64,000 nt of DNA from Takakia lepidozioides (GCA_030704615.1 CM060734.1:58652001-58716000), one strand, 5' to 3'; shown: positions 1-14,300, numbered from the stretch's first letter. Notes: a model not told the origin generated them from the letters alone. Numbers and translations are program-made.

Positions 1-1
1 A

Positions 2-480
2 CAGGCAGTGCTACAGAACAACATTGCGGAAGATCCTCTGGACAATGAGGAACATCTGCAGGATCAACTGGACAGCCTACCTTATCTCTGTCGATTTTAG
101 TACGACAAGACTAGCACTTACATTATTACCCTTCTGGAGCCCATTTTGCAGGCATACACAGAAAGTACAAGATTGCAAACAGGTTTAGACAGCACGCAGT
201 TGCAGGCTATGGAGGGGCAGCTTACGTGGTTGGTGCATATCATAGGCGCCATTATTAGGGGAAGGCAAAGCTCGAGCAGCAGTACAGAGCCTCAAGAGGT
301 GATTGATGGAGAACTGGCAGCTCGTGTTTTCCAACTAATTCAAGTCACTGACACAGGGTCCCATGTCCAACGTCATCTTCATAGTAGCAAGCAGAGGCTA
401 GACCTGGCAATCCTCTCCTTCTTTCAAAACTTCCGTAGGGTTTATGTGGGTGACCAGGCCATGCACTCCAGCAAGCAGCA
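2..480 (+). pseudogene. XPO7: Exportin-7 (RanBP16/XPO7-like) intronless internal fragment, probable retrocopy
   Basis: The frame from base 2 reads ..EDPLDNEEHLQDQLDSLPYLCRF*YDK..EGQLTWLVHIIGAI..DGELAARVFQL..QRLDLAILSFFQNFRRVYVGDQAMHSSKQ, recognisable as exportin-7. There is an in-frame TAG at 98-100 where Q is expected, no introns over ~160 codons, and similarity stops after HSSKQ. Confidence 0.85.
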
Positions 481-821
481 ACACTTCAAATGGTTTCCGC
501 CTTCCTGTTCTGCTCCACTCGGCACACATAGCCAGTCTAACTGCAGGCTCCCTGTGACCAAGCTATATTATAATAGTGCTTAAAAAACAGAAAACATCAT
601 ATCTAGCTTAGCACTAGAAAACTAGACAGCTCATCTCTCTCGAGTGATTGAAAACTGAAAACACACTGTTGACACAAGAAACATGAAAACCAACAGCATC
701 ACTCATCACTCTTTAAAATATAAGTTGAGCCAGGGGCACCCCAAGCTATGGGGACTCCACCCCACAACAACCTATCCTCCCTTCATAAGCACACTCAGCT
801 TCTAAAGCGTGAAGGAGCTCG

Positions 822-973
822 GTCGCGCAGGCTCAACTCGAGAGAGATGAGCTGCGCGACTGACGCTCTCGTGAAGATAAGACGGTTCAGGTGTCAAACT
901 AAACTTGACACCTGATTTAACACTTGACCTAAATCCAAGTGTTAAATACAAATAACTAGCTTTATTCTAGTTA
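822..973. other. Cluster of four adjacent stem-loops
   Basis: Arms: 822-835/848-860 (gtcgcgcaggctca/tgagctgcgcgac, 1-nt bulge); 887-897/905-915 (tcaggtgtcaa/ttgacacctga); 916-926/936-946 (tttaacacttg/caagtgttaaa); 953-959/967-973 (taactag/ctagtta). Confidence 0.85.
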
Positions 974-1237
974 GTTTCACACCGTGCTTATTTAACTTGA
1001 CAACATCGCTATTGAATACTGGAAGATTTATACCTTTAAACTGCTCCGGTAGCCCTCTCAACATTTCTCACAGTACCCCGGTCATATTTGTCCACCTCAG
1101 TAAACCTATTTACACTGCAACCATCAGCCACTTCTGGTCCCCCTCCTTTGTTCCGTCCGACAAGCGGATTAAATTCCGGTTCTTTGCATCCACGCCATAA
1201 AATGAGTCAAGTCCCCTCAGCCTGTCGCCAGCCCTAG

Positions 1238-4200
1238 ATGCAGGTTAGTTTGTCCTCATGGAATATCCATGGCCTCGGTTCAGATCAGATGGCTCTTAAA
1301 AAAATTAAGCTATCAGCCTGGCTGAGACCACTTCTCCCCTCTCTCTCTATTGTCTTTCTTCAGGAACACAAGCTATGTGATAGGAAAATTAGGAACCTTA
1401 CAAACCAGCTCTGGCCTAGGGATTCAGCCCTATGGAAACCCTCCTATGAAGGATAAAGGGGAGGCACTGCCATCCTCCTCTCGCCTTCCCTAAAGCAGTT
1501 TCTCATTAAAGACGAGGTCTGGGTGGAAGGGAGAGTGCAGTTCTGCTCTCTCCTCTTTCCCAATGACTCTGAGCCAATTGGCTTTATTAACATTTATGCT
1601 CCCAATGAACCAGCTCCTAGAGCCGCACTTTGGGATAAAACCCGCCAGCTAATGTCTCTGCATTTCGACATCAACAGATGGGTCATGGCTGGAGATTTCA
1701 ACATGGTAGAAAATGAATACAATAGGAAAGGAAAAGGCCCCCACCACCTAAGCCCTGAGGAAGACTTGGCCTGGCAGGGTCTGTTGCAAACTCACAGCCT
1801 GGCAGAAATAGACCGTCCGCCGCCTCATCCCGTAGGCACCTCCCCGTTCTTCACTTGGACCAACAACAGAGATGTCCACGATCTTAGCATGGCTAGACTG
1901 GATAGATTTTACACCTCTCTCTCGCTCTCACTAGCCACCTTCTCCTGCCCCCAGAAACCGATCCCCCTTGGTTTTGATCACGCTCTCATCTCAGCCATTC
2001 TCAAACTCCCCAACTCTCATCCCAGAGGAAGGGGAGTATACAAGCTTAACTCTTCCCACCTCAAGATACCATCTTTTGTGGAAAGCTTAAAGACAGCATG
2101 GTTAGAGTCTGGCAATCTGCTCCATTGCCCAATTGCTAGATTTCAGAAAAAGCTTGCAACGGTATGCAAGGTCAACCAGTCCCTCAGCCAGGAGATATCA
2201 GCCTCTCAGAAAAGAAAGTCCCAAGCACTGCAAAAATGTCTGGGGATTTGCCAGAAAAAGATTGAGGCCCGCTCTTGTGATGCACACACGTTTCAAACCT
2301 ATTTAGAGGCAAGATACAACCTGGACCAATTCAATCTCCTCAAGGAAAAGAAAATGAAGATGCAAGCAAGCATAAACTGGTCAACCAAAGGAGAAAAGAT
2401 GTCCAAATACTTCTTCCAGAAGCTGAAACTCCGTAGGGCTTGCCAAGCCATCTCCGGGCTTTACACAGACCCTCTCCAAACCTCCTCTCTACTGTTCCTA
2501 GGAAAATGTGTGATGCCGCTTTCAACCACTTTTCCTCTTTATTTCAGGCTGATCCAAAAGATCACCTCTTCCATGACAGACTTAGGGATTGCCTCCGAAT
2601 CATCCCACAGTCTCTTCCAACAGGAAATAGTGAGGAACTCGAAAATGACTTGGAGCCCCAAGAGATAGAGAAAGCCCTCAAAACCATGAGCAACAATAAG
2701 GCTCCGGGGATTGACGGTATGCTTGTGGAATTCTTCAAGACATTATGGCCCTCCATATCTAATGATTTCTGTAACATGGCTAACGCCATTAAGGGCCAAG
2801 GCTTCATGCCAGAGTCCATGAACCAAGGCATCATTACCCTGCTCTACAAGAAAGGGGATAGGGCATCGCTCAACAATTACAGGCCAATCACTCTCCTCAA
2901 CGTTGCATACAAGATTATAGCCAAGACTTTAGCTCTGAGGCTTCAGCCCCTGCTCCCCTCAATGATCAGGACGGGACAAGCTGGCTATGTTAAAGGCAGG
3001 TTCATTCTAGACAATGTTCTTCTGGCCCAGGAGGCTTCGGCTTATGCAGCCAGCTCTGACCAGGCACTGGCTCTCTGGTTATTAGACTTCGAAAAAGCCT
3101 TTGACAGAGTAGTAGACTGGGCCTTTCTCATGGCGGTTCTTAAGAAGTCGGGTCTTCCCCCCAGCTTCTGTCAATGGGTGCAAATCCTGCTGCAAGGTTC
3201 CACCAGCAGGGTCTCAATTAATGGTCACATTTCCAAGCCCTTCCAGCTCCAAAGGTTAGTAAGACAAGGATGCCCACTCGCCCCTTTCCTCTTCCTTTTT
3301 GTAGCGGATGCTCTGGGCTACATGCTAGAGGACAATCCTCAAGTCAGAGGGCTTAAGCTGCAGAATCACAGAACTGGCATTTGGCGTCAAGTTAAGGACT
3401 CCATGTTCGTAGATGACACCTTCCTTCTTCTCGAAGCCAACCAATCATCCCTGGAAGCAGCGGCAGATACCCTGTCCAACTTTTGTAGTGTTTCAGGGTT
3501 CAAAGTGAATTGGAGCAAGACTAAAGCCCTGCTTTTAGGTGACCTCTCCAAGTCTACCATAGGAAGCCATCCGACCTGGGGAGCCCACCTGGGATTAACT
3601 TGGCTCAAGGAAGGCGAGCCCACTACATTGCTAGGTCACACATTTGGTATCAACTTGACAGAGGACCAGAGAATGCAAGCCACGGTGAAAAGACTCAAGC
3701 ACCAGCTTTCTTACTGGGGCTCGTGCCATCTTTCCATCGCTGGAAGAGCCCTGGTTGCCAATCAAATCATCCTAGCGGGCATCTGGTATTTTGCATCTAC
3801 CTGGGGGTCTGACAACAAAATAATTAAGGAGGCTAAAAGGTTGATCAGGAACTTCATCTGGGGGGCTGCCTCTACTACCCAGAAAAAAAAGCCACAAGTC
3901 TCTTGGGAACAGATTTGCCTTCCCAAAAAGATGGGCAGCTTAGGTGTCCTTGACCCAGAGACTCAAATCAGAGCGCTTTTAGGTAAGTGGCTCCCAAGAT
4001 ACCTAGGACCAGAGGGAGGCTGGTGGAAATTCATGGTCACCCCATCCATCTGCTCCTCCTCGCCATCGACCTCAGTCATCTGGTCACAATCTACTCGCTG
4101 GATTGTCCAAGGGTTTGGTCACAAAATCCGCAGGCTCCCCCATATGGTCCTCCATCTGGAGATCATGGAGGAGCCTCAGGCCCTTTCTTAGAAAATTGCA

Positions 4201-6027
4201 GCCAACCACCTTTCAAGAAACTCAAAGACAACGCCTCTTTCTAAATCTTCCAAACCCGGATAGGGATGAACGTCGGGCAGCAAAGCGTTGGGCGGTGTGG
4301 GAGTCAAGAGGGTTTTCCTCGATTAAAGACCTATGGTTTAGCACTCCGCAATCCCTTCAGCAAGCTTTAGGAACCCTCCGCCTACGTTGGGGCATAAACC
4401 ACATAATTCAATCAATACCTGACTCCTGGAAGCAGATTCTTAAAGACGGCCCTGGACTCCCTAGTCCTCATCAGTGGATTTTGCCTGAATCTTCCATTCC
4501 CAACCATATTCTCTATATTTCAGATGTCACAATCTCCACCATTTCAGGGTTCTCATTCTAGGTTGATGACACAACTGGATGCCTCTCGCTCATCACAGCT
4601 AGCCCTATATCCTTACCAGCCAGTACTGCCCCTGTCCGGATCTGTCAATGGTCAGACCCGGGTAAACCCTTCAACCCCAAGGCACCTATGGGTACCTCCA
4701 TTCTTGCTTGGCTCAAGACACAGGTTTTTATCCTGCTGGGGAATTCGGATATAGCCTCCCTCCAGTTGGACCCGGTGGAATGGTCTTGGTCTTTTGAGGA
4801 GGAGCTAGAGCCCTTCTTTTCATATACGACAAAGAAGGGATACAGGGCAATGCTGGCTGCTAGGCCTCTAAACTCCAAATGGGATACAAAATGGAGCCAT
4901 GTGAACTTTGATCAAGAGAACTGGAAAGATATATGGTCAGTTGTCTGGAGCAAGTCGAAACTGGCGAAATTAAGTGCCTTCTTATGGCAGGTAGCTAATA
5001 GGGTGCTTAAAGTGGCCCACTATTTGAACTTCCCTGAGGCTCTGCTCTGCAGATGTTGCAACAACCAATTGCTAGAAACTTTGGAGCATTGTCTGCTACA
5101 CTGCCTGGCCCCATCAAAGATGTGGCCATTGGTATGTTCCTTCTACAGGGCTTGGGACCAAATGCCTGCTGATCCAGTAGCTATCCTTCTCAACTACAGT
5201 CCGACTCATAAAACAATTGCCTCCCACTACCCGGTATTTGATGCTCTACGTAGTTCCGTCCTCTGGAACCTATGGAAAGGACGATGTGCCTGGGCTCTAG
5301 ACAATGAGAACACATCTGCTTCAGCTATTCTTTCTATGGTGTTCTTTGATCTTATTGTTGCTGCTAAAAAAGCTTGGGCAGTGCTATGTGCAGCAGTCAA
5401 GAGGAAGCCACAAAGACAGCCCTCTCTCATCCATACCTTCGGAGCAACATGGGGCAAGCACGGACTCATTTGCAAAGTTGTTGGCCTCACCTGTCTTTGG
5501 GCAGATTCAATCCCCTCCTATTGGCAAGGAAGTAGGAGTCACCTCTTCAGCCTCCCTAGAATTTGACAGAACAGAGATAAATTGGAGGCATATTAGAGCA
5601 GGTTCAACAACTCGTCTTCATTTCCACAGATGGACTCTTGGTTCTCTCCAGGGCAAGCAATTAGCAATCAGATTCGCCCAGCTATTCTCCCGCTCTCCCA
5701 GCCTCCTCCATGCACCCTCACCATCCTTCTGCTTCCCTGTTCTCAGTTTTGTCCACTATCGTAGGTCCAGTCCTACCTCTGTTACGGATAATGGTTTCTG
5801 GCGGATCTTACCAAGGTCTTTTAGGTTTTAGAAAAGGCATCGAGTCCCTGTGGGTTATAAATGCAGTTCATTCGAGAGTCCTATCCTGCACGGTCCTCCG
5901 TGTGTTATGACTTATGGCAGCCTGTGGGCATTTAAAGGGTTTTAATTTTTTTCCCTTAAATAATCATTTAATAAAGTTCTCAGGACCCGTCCCTGTTATC
6001 TTTAAAAAAAAAACAAAAAAAACAAAA
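1238..6027 (+). mobile_element. L1/Tx1-type LINE: disrupted ORF2 (APE endonuclease, reverse transcriptase, C-terminal Cys motif) with 3' UTR and poly(A) tail
   Basis: APE motifs SWNIHGLG, FLQEHKL, NIYAPN, AGDFNM, RLDRFY, DH. RT motifs KAPGIDG, YRPITLLN, LDFEKAFD, VRQGCPLAPFLF, FVDD. C-terminal CRCC..ETLEHCLLHC. Stops/frameshifts at ~1455, ~2490, ~4050-4100 and ~4560-4690. AATAAA at ~5970 and an A-rich tail at 6004-6027. No ORF1 seen. Confidence 0.93.
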
Positions 6028-7334
6028 TGCTGCAAGGCCAGAATTGAATGAACCTTTCTTCATATTTCAACGTTTATGAACTTAACATGTTTGGATGTTA
6101 CCAAAAAAGTTTATCCATCAGACATATATTTTATTTATTTATTTTTGAAGTAATAGTAATGCGATTTGTTGTAGTTTATTTTGACAAATTCCAAATAAAT
6201 GAATAATAAATGTATTCACATTTGTTCTGAGTCACATGGTAGTCTTCATTTCCCTTTTTTTTTTAAAAAGAAAAAAGTCTTCATGAGTTGGCAAGGGAAC
6301 TTCCTATTCAGAGCCCTTAAGTGGAAAATGAACCCCTTTCATCGATATCACAAGGCGCAACGAGGTACACAGTGGTCTCTAGAAGGGTTTGAGCCCAGAC
6401 CCACTTGTTCGACTCTCTCCAACCGGGCTATCGATGTCAGATACACCAACGATAGATTTGCTCAAAATCACGTGTGTAATACTTGTAAGTTCTTGTCGTT
6501 CCGAGCATTTGATTTTTATAATGGGACCATAACTATTCCCTCGCGTGTGTGAGGCGATATCGGTTTGTATATATCCCATATTGTTTGCCCGCATTGACCC
6601 GGATCAACTGCTATATAAGACCACAGCTTTCATGAATGCAAAAGTATCTGCCAGTAGGAACATGTCTGTATACAGCGAGGCCATAGGAAATGCTTGTCGA
6701 TGAATGTATTGCAAAGTGTACCCAGGTTCATAATAATAAGACTGATTCGGTCGAGTGTAATGCATTGGTTAGGTCTAAGTTGGGTCCCCACATGGTCCTT
6801 GCGCAAGAGACTTACAACAGTGTTAAAAGACTTAGTTTCGTGACTTTCGTGGAATGGTCTTTCGAATCATACCGTCACACCACACTGCCACCCCTTTGCG
6901 CAGCATAAAGCACGGTACCTTTCCAGTTTTAAAAGCCATATTAAATTTCCATTGGTCGGGAAAAAATAAGTTTATATATCCCATAACGATTGCCAGACTC
7001 GGCGATGGCCAAGGCTATATAGGTACGAAGGACCCGGGGTACCTAGTGGCAGCGTCTGAGTAAATTTGTGAGGGCTGCCGGCTGTCGTTTTGTATAATTT
7101 GCGAATGGCGAGGAGCGGGCAGGTCAACATATTAGGGCCGCAACCGAGGACGGGGGACCTTGGTTGGCACGAGGACGGAGAGGCTGTAGCGTTTGGAGGG
7201 AGGGCTGTGGTCCCCGAGCGGATGGGATGTGAGATTGCAGACTGGGGATGGCGGAGGAGCAGGGCAGAGAGGCGGTAGCGTAGGGCAGAGCGAGTGCAGT
7301 GTGGTGGGAGGGCAGGGCCGGGGCCTCCCATGTC

Positions 7335-10300
7335 ATGTCATCCGAAAAAAACAAGGGCCTGGCCCTGGCGTTGAGTTCGAGCCTCTTTATTGGAGCGAGC
7401 TTTATCATAAAAAAGAAGGGGCTGAAGCGTGCAGGTGCTTCGGGAGTAAGGGCAGGTGAGTGAGTTTTGATTTTGATTTTGATTTGAAGGACTGGTGCGT
7501 GAATGTGAATCAAACGAGCAAGGGGGGGACGCAGGCGGGGTGATAGGGTAGGGTTTGATCTTGAAGGAATGCAAGGCTACGAATCGTGGCGGGGGATTGC
7601 TGAGCTCGTGTCTAGATCTTGTGTTTGAATGGCTTGCAACTGATTGAGGGGGAGAATAGGTAGGGCTGTGCAAGATTTCGGAGAATGGTGGTGGATTTAA
7701 TCGTTAGGGGCTGAAGATGGTGTATTCAAGACAGATATACTGAAGAGGCAAGGCTGCATGTCGGGGGGGTTTGTTTGACAGGAGTTGGAGGATATTCCTA
7801 TCTGTACGAGCCACTATGGTGGGCGGGCATGATTACAAGTAAGGATTTGTTATTTCATGATTTCTTGTACCGGTATGTGTCAAGGTCTCTAATGAGATGG
7901 ATCCCTAAGAGTCGCATCGTGTCATTTAACTTGTAAACTTGGCATCGCAGTGCTTGTAGGGGAGGTGGCCAACTTCACGGCGTATGCATTTGCTCCAGCT
8001 GTGCTGGTTACGCCACTTGGGGCGCTGAGCATCATTGTCAGGTATGTTTGTTCCCCCTGAAACTCGGTGTGACATTCTGACAAAGGTCAGAAGTGCAATC
8101 CAACAGGCAGGGACCTGATTACGAAATTGGGGGATGGTTGATTCAGTGCAGCGCTGGCACATGTAGTGCTCAAGGAGCGTTTGCATATGCTGGGCATTGT
8201 GGGCTGTGTGCTATGTATGGTGGGCTCCACTACAATCGTTCTTAATGCTCCCCAAGAGCGTGGCAGCGAATCTGTCCAGGAGGTGTGGGATTATGCCACT
8301 CAACCTGGTGGGTTCCATTGCTCTAATTACTCATTTCTGATTAAAGAACTCAGGTGGTGAGAATCTGCTGCATTCTATTGTGGCACTTTCCACAGAGGAT
8401 GAGAATGGAGTGGTGAAGGTTTGAAGCTGAGAGAGTATGTGAAACCACGGGTTGGAATTGGGCTCAGGAAGAGACCTAGGGAAAGGTTCTGATGAAAAAG
8501 GGTCTCGTGGGTATGATTGGATGGTATTGGCAGCCTTTTTATTCTACACATTTGCGGTGGTTGCGTCGGTGTTACTTCTCATCTTCCATTTTGTGCCTCT
8601 CTATGGCCACACACATGTATTGGTCTACATTGGCATCTGCTCTCTCATGGGCTCTTTATCGGTACCCATCTTTCTATTTTGTGAAATTATATCCCGCTCT
8701 TTTTGAAAGTTGCTCGAGTAGTCTGGTCTGTAGCTTCACTGAACTGTTGTCTGCTTCCTAGTTAAAATTGTCACGTTCCATTAGGCTCTCTTCTTCTCTC
8801 CTCTTTTATGTCATGCACTAGATATGGGCCTTCATCTGGAGCTGATTTGTATCTCTGTTGTGATTTGCAAAGGTAATGAGTGTGAAAGCGCTAGGCATTG
8901 CGCTAAAGCTCACATTTCAGGGGCAGAATCAATTGATTTACCCTCAGACTTCAGTGTTTGCCATGGTGGTGGTGACTTGTGTTTTGACACAGATGAACTA
9001 CTTGAATAAGGTGATCTTTCATGTTTATGCAATCACCCTTGTGTCTTGTATGAGGCCTGGGCTCATTACTACTTTCTTGACTTAACAGTAATTGCCAGCG
9101 TTCAGCCAAATCTTTTATTTTTTTGCTCATGAACACTTTCTGCACAAGGCTGGTAATCAAGCTTGTGGAGTTCGGTTGGATAGGTACTTACAGAGGTTGT
9201 GTGTGTAATGCACATTGCTCTTTCACATCCAGATTGGCAGTCCTACCATATGTTACTTGGTCCTGGGACTAAGACTGTTGACAGAACGGAATTTATATTT
9301 TTCCCATTTTTAGTCTAATGTTTCTTAGTTTTGTGGCTCTTCAATTGTGCTTGTCAGGTTGCTGAGAGGAAGGTTGTAAATAGCTAATACATTCGTGGCT
9401 CCGTCACATGAGGTTTTGTGGAAGGCTGACTGTGGCAAGTTGGGCCTATGCATTATACAGGCACTTGACACGTTCAATACAGCAGTGGTTTCCCCAATCT
9501 ACTATGTCATGTTCACGACACTCACTATTATTGCGAGTGCTATCATGTTCAAGGTCTGTGGCAGCTGGCCCTTACGTTTTAAAATCCAGCTTTTCAGGAT
9601 TGCTGCTATCCTAGTGTACAGAGGGGTTAACAGGGACACCTACGTCATGAATGAGTTATCATGTTGAAGCCATGTCAGTAACATATTGGAGACATGCTAT
9701 TTTGCGGTTATTGCCTATTGTCTCGTGAAGATATCAGGATGATATAGCATGAAGGTTTTGCCAGGATGGGTTGTGTCCAGTCATTGCTAGGCCTCAATTG
9801 GAGCCGATCGGGAATGCTACGCAGCTGCTTGGATCATCATATTGCCACAGTGCTGTGGCAATATGATTGAAGGTGCAGAAACCTGGAATGCAGTAGTGTG
9901 CGTCATCATGGTCTGGCTCTCCAAAATGCAAACATAACGTCACCCAAGAATACAAAACACAAGGCATTCTGTCCCTCCTGCTAAGGGTTGAACACTATCT
10001 TTGACTCGACTGAGCTTCTGAAAGTGAGGTGACTCTTGATAGTACAAAGGTGTGCATGATGCAGGATTGGGATCAGCAGAGTGCATCAGAGATCATAACA
10101 ACTCTCTGTGGGTTTGTGACCATCCTGTCGGGTACATTTTTGCTGCATGCAACCAAGGACATGACTGATTCACCTGCTGGCTTAAGTTCGCACTACAACT
10201 CCTATACCCTCCTGTCTGTTTATGTCTGTCTTGTGAAACTTGCAAGAGCTGGCTCATGACGCAATAGAGAGTAGTAAGTGTGCAGGTAACGTGCTCCCCG

Positions 10301-10569
10301 AAATGATTTGTTGGTGCTTCTCGTGAATGCAGGTTAAGACTAACAAAACTTTCTGAATAGCTTCAAAGCTGGGAGTGGCTTCGATGCAATCCTGGGACCC
10401 TGATATATTAGTTGGGGCGGGCATGTGGGGCCTTGTAGGTATTTATGGTGGGCTACCACCAACAATGTCCCATCGCATCTCAATTGGAGGGAACAGCAAG
10501 CGCCCTGACGATGTCATGGACAATGAGGAAATCCCTCTGCGCCGGCAGGAATCCTTTCGAACACCTTGA
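7335..10569 (+). CDS. Probable magnesium transporter, NIPA family; 9 exons: 7335-7455, 7782-7838, 7951-8041, 8147-8307, 8534-8661, 8873-9010, 9461-9553, 10065-10185, 10439-10569
   Basis: Spliced translation [119 protein letters not shown].. All junctions are GT-AG and the frame stays open. The exon 8 donor is the least certain. Confidence 0.93.
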
Positions 10570-13439
10570 CTTACTGTTCTGGTCTCTGTTGGTGCTTTGT
10601 TTAGCAGCTACTTCCATATCTGCAGAATTGTCGAAAGTGAGCAAGTTTGTGGAGCGGCAAAATACACATTTGGGAGTCGTAGGAAAGTATGTACTCATTC
10701 TCTACTATCTACATAGTTTTCATTGGCTATGGAATAATTATAGATTCATTCTTTCGATGGGCTACATGTTGCAAGTACATTGGTCCTGATAACATCAGCT
10801 ATGTCATCCTCACTAGTCCCTTCAGTGTGCTTCATGACATGACATCCATCTACTATCTTTCAACGTACGCTCACACGCAGGCCTACTCTCACCCACTTAT
10901 ACTGTCCCAATTTTCTGCCCATGCAAATGGGCTTGGGACAACAACTGGTCACAAGCATGTATGGAAACAAAATGTTTTGAGTACATTCTGGGTGTCTTCT
11001 GCATCGAAACTCTGTGCCTGGCTAGAAGGTCACGTAGCTCAATTGAAATGTGTATTGCGTGTAGTTCAATTCTCTAAACTGACTGACCTTGTGTTTATAT
11101 TTCTGTAATTTTTCTGACTGCTTTTGGGAAGCATTTGGAACTCAAAGCATGTATAGCTTGTAACCCTCAAGAAGAGAGATGGATGTTGTTATTCTTTTAG
11201 TGTTAGCAAGTGCACATCGTCGCAGGAGATATGTTACATGGATAGAGCCTGTCAATGTTGTCACATGCCAGCAGCTTGCGAAAAGTTTTTCAATTTTGAT
11301 GTGCCATGCCTTTCAAGTCTGGAAAAGCAGTGGGCCGAAAAGATAGGACTAGTCGTGGGCAGCATGGTGCTTGCTGGCCATTCTTCTGCCCTGCACTGCA
11401 TCTGCTTCCTACCGTGGGACCCTGCTGTATTCAACGCTACATCTTCTCATCCACTTTTCCAGCAAGAGATTCCGTGGTGTGGATGTGTGTATCTTACTAC
11501 AATACACACTATTCATCAAACTGGAAGATTTGCAACTGGGTATCAGTGGGAAGTTGGGATTTGATGAGTACACAAGATGGCGGTAGAGGCATGTGCGGTC
11601 TTAAGGTGGTATGTGCTCAGATGAGACAGTAGATCCTACACCTGCTTTGGCTGAATGGAGATAAGGGAGGACCCCTGACGGACAAGGGCTACAGTGGACC
11701 AAGAGGGGACAGCAGCAAGAGGAACGGTTTCCTTGTTATATATGCAATGTCATCTGTAGTGTAGGTTGGGACAGCTGAAATTCATAGATGTGAGGGTGTG
11801 AAGGACGGGAGCAGGCTGCTGGTGTGAAGGCCTCACTCACATACATTTAGCTTGTTTGCAGGTCTGGTCAACCCCTTCAACCAATGGCTCATGATTTGTC
11901 TATACTTCAATACTGATGTGATGGGTTTCACTGCCTTCTGGTCCACTTTCTGTCCAGAGTTGCTTCACTTTTAAGCTTGGAGGACCCTCACTTTCTAAAA
12001 CCCCTCTTCCAAGCCTGGAGTATCCCACACACAGAGTAGCTGATTGCTCTTTTCTTGTAGACTTCAGCCTGAGCACTCTGCCAGTTGTACCCGGTGAAAT
12101 CATCACATTAACCATGCACCATCATCCTCAGACCACTTTGTTCTATCAGAGTTCAGCTAATGCTAGTAGTCGTTAACTGGTGGACTTATTAGCCCATGAG
12201 GCAGCATGTGGCAACGGTCAACATTCTCCACTGCTTTTTAATTTGTCTGTGAAGGAAAAGTGACTTTGCAACAACAGCCACAAGAGTTATATGTAAGATG
12301 GGAGGGCTAATGTGACAGTGCTAGATCGTGCTTTCAAACATGATGCACAATTCTGAATTAGCTGGCTGTATGTGAGCAGTATGACTTATTAGGCTTACTT
12401 TTTCATACTCTGGTGGGTTGAAACTGCACCACCGACCTCGGGAGGTTTAATGTACTGTTATGACTGTCCCTGGAAGGGTATGCTGGAGCTGACGAAGGTA
12501 AGGACATTGTGTCTCTCTGTCTCTCTCTCTCACTCACTGAGTCTTTCCAGTGCATATCAACTAGTGTTTTATAGGTAGGGGTGGGGTATTCGTAATATAT
12601 ATTAGGGGTTGTTGATGTCAGCTGCATGTGGTGAGGGGTGCATTTCTGTTGTCTGGCAAGGAGTGGGGTGGCGTGTGGGTGTGGATCATCCTAGAGGACC
12701 AGATTTCAAGCAAGAGTACGAATGAGGCACCGTGGATCAGCAGCTACAAGAAACGTACTTGGGTGGAGGGTGAATTGGAGATGCTTGACTCAGCTAATGG
12801 TAAGTATTATGAAAATAGATTCAGGACTTGGTGAGAATGACTTTCCTTCTTTTTTCACATGGGGGTTCTCTAAAACAACCTGCACACTTCCTTTTCACCA
12901 TGCTGTAAGTCAAGGCCAGATAGATACTACTTCTTGAGTTGCAGATAAGTATCCTAAAAGCAAAACTAGAGATTCTTTGGAAGGAATACTTTCAAACCCC
13001 AGTTAAGGATGGGACAACCAAGGCTCAAAGGTCGATGCCTGTCATGCTACAGCAGAAGCAACCAACAAGATGCCTTGAAAACTTTGTTACAAATTGTCGG
13101 TCTCTCTCTCCAGCTCTCCCGCATTCCCACGCTTTTAGCGTTCCAGCAATTTATGATGAAATCTAGTCTTTGTAGGTGGTGGTGGTATTTGCAATGGTCG
13201 CTATGGGTTAACATTGTTAGTGACTTGCAGCCGGGAGGAGGATCTAGTCATTTTTGTTCTGAAGGCATGGATAGCTGAAGGTAAGGATGGAGTGTGTGGG
13301 TGCACATGCATCCTAGAGGACCGGATTTCAAGTGCAAGAGTACCAACAAGGCACTGTGACTGGAAGCTACAAAAAGCCTCCGTAAGTAGATGGTCAGCTG
13401 GAAGCAGGGACAGCACAGCTGGGAATCAAGCACTTCCCA

Positions 13440-14300
13440 AGCAATCAGAGGGGAAGTCACAAGTGTACTTATGGCACTTGTTGGGTTGTGAAGAGAGTAT
13501 GCACGGGAGGATAACTGAAAGATGCATTGCATATTTTGACCGAAGGGGCCATATCGGCAGACTCCAATGCTTATGCTTGTGTCTTGCAGGAATGCATCAA
13601 GATGAAAGTGTAGTAAAGGGAAAGCGTGTGCACCCCACAAAGTGGAATCAAGGAGCTCAAGGGGTGACACCTAATCTCGTTTGCATTACCAGGCTTTTGC
13701 CAGCCTGGTAGTTCTGGAAAATGGCAAAGAGATACGGATGACATCATGAAATTCAGAATTGTGCCACATATCCTTGTTGACATTGCCCTTGGCAACATAA
13801 AAAATGCTCCTTCAGGAAATGTGGTCTCATGGAAACAATGAATGCAGGATATGCCCAGTAGGTGTGTGGTATGGAGGCTTGGGAGGCCTACAAGCAAACT
13901 CTAATGGAAGAGGTGAAAACCAGGAGGTCATATTCATCCACATTGTCAATGTGAACAAAAAGAGATCCATGCTGACATGGAATGCTGGAATTGTGGCGGA
14001 TACCTTTCTGGAGATTATCTTGGTTAACATGTATGGCAGATCCAGGAGGCATGGAGTGCGATGATCACAGGATACACCGGCATGGGTCAGGGAGGAGGCC
14101 CCTTATATTTATTTGAAAATGCAACTGAAAGGGTTGAAGCCAAATGATATCAACATCTGGTGTTTGCATGTAGCCACTGTCCTAGTGGATGAAGGTAGCC
14201 ACTACTGGGATTCTGAGTCGAGATTATGTGATAGATCCATGGCATCTAACATTTGAAAAGTTGTAGTAAGTTTGGAACAATTACGAGCAACTACGAAGGG
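13440..14300 (+). pseudogene. Highly degraded PPR gene remnant
   Basis: Residual PPR-like DNA (GIVP..IL.NMY, VVSW.TM.AGYAQ, G.KPNDI) with many stops and indels. It is preceded by a degenerate copy of the leader block found before other PPR copies. Confidence 0.55.

Noticed and set aside
10600-13400. Many short ORFs between the NIPA and YqgF genes
   Set aside because: No recognisable protein motifs or consistent exon chain; the region contains only degenerate copies of the PPR leader block.
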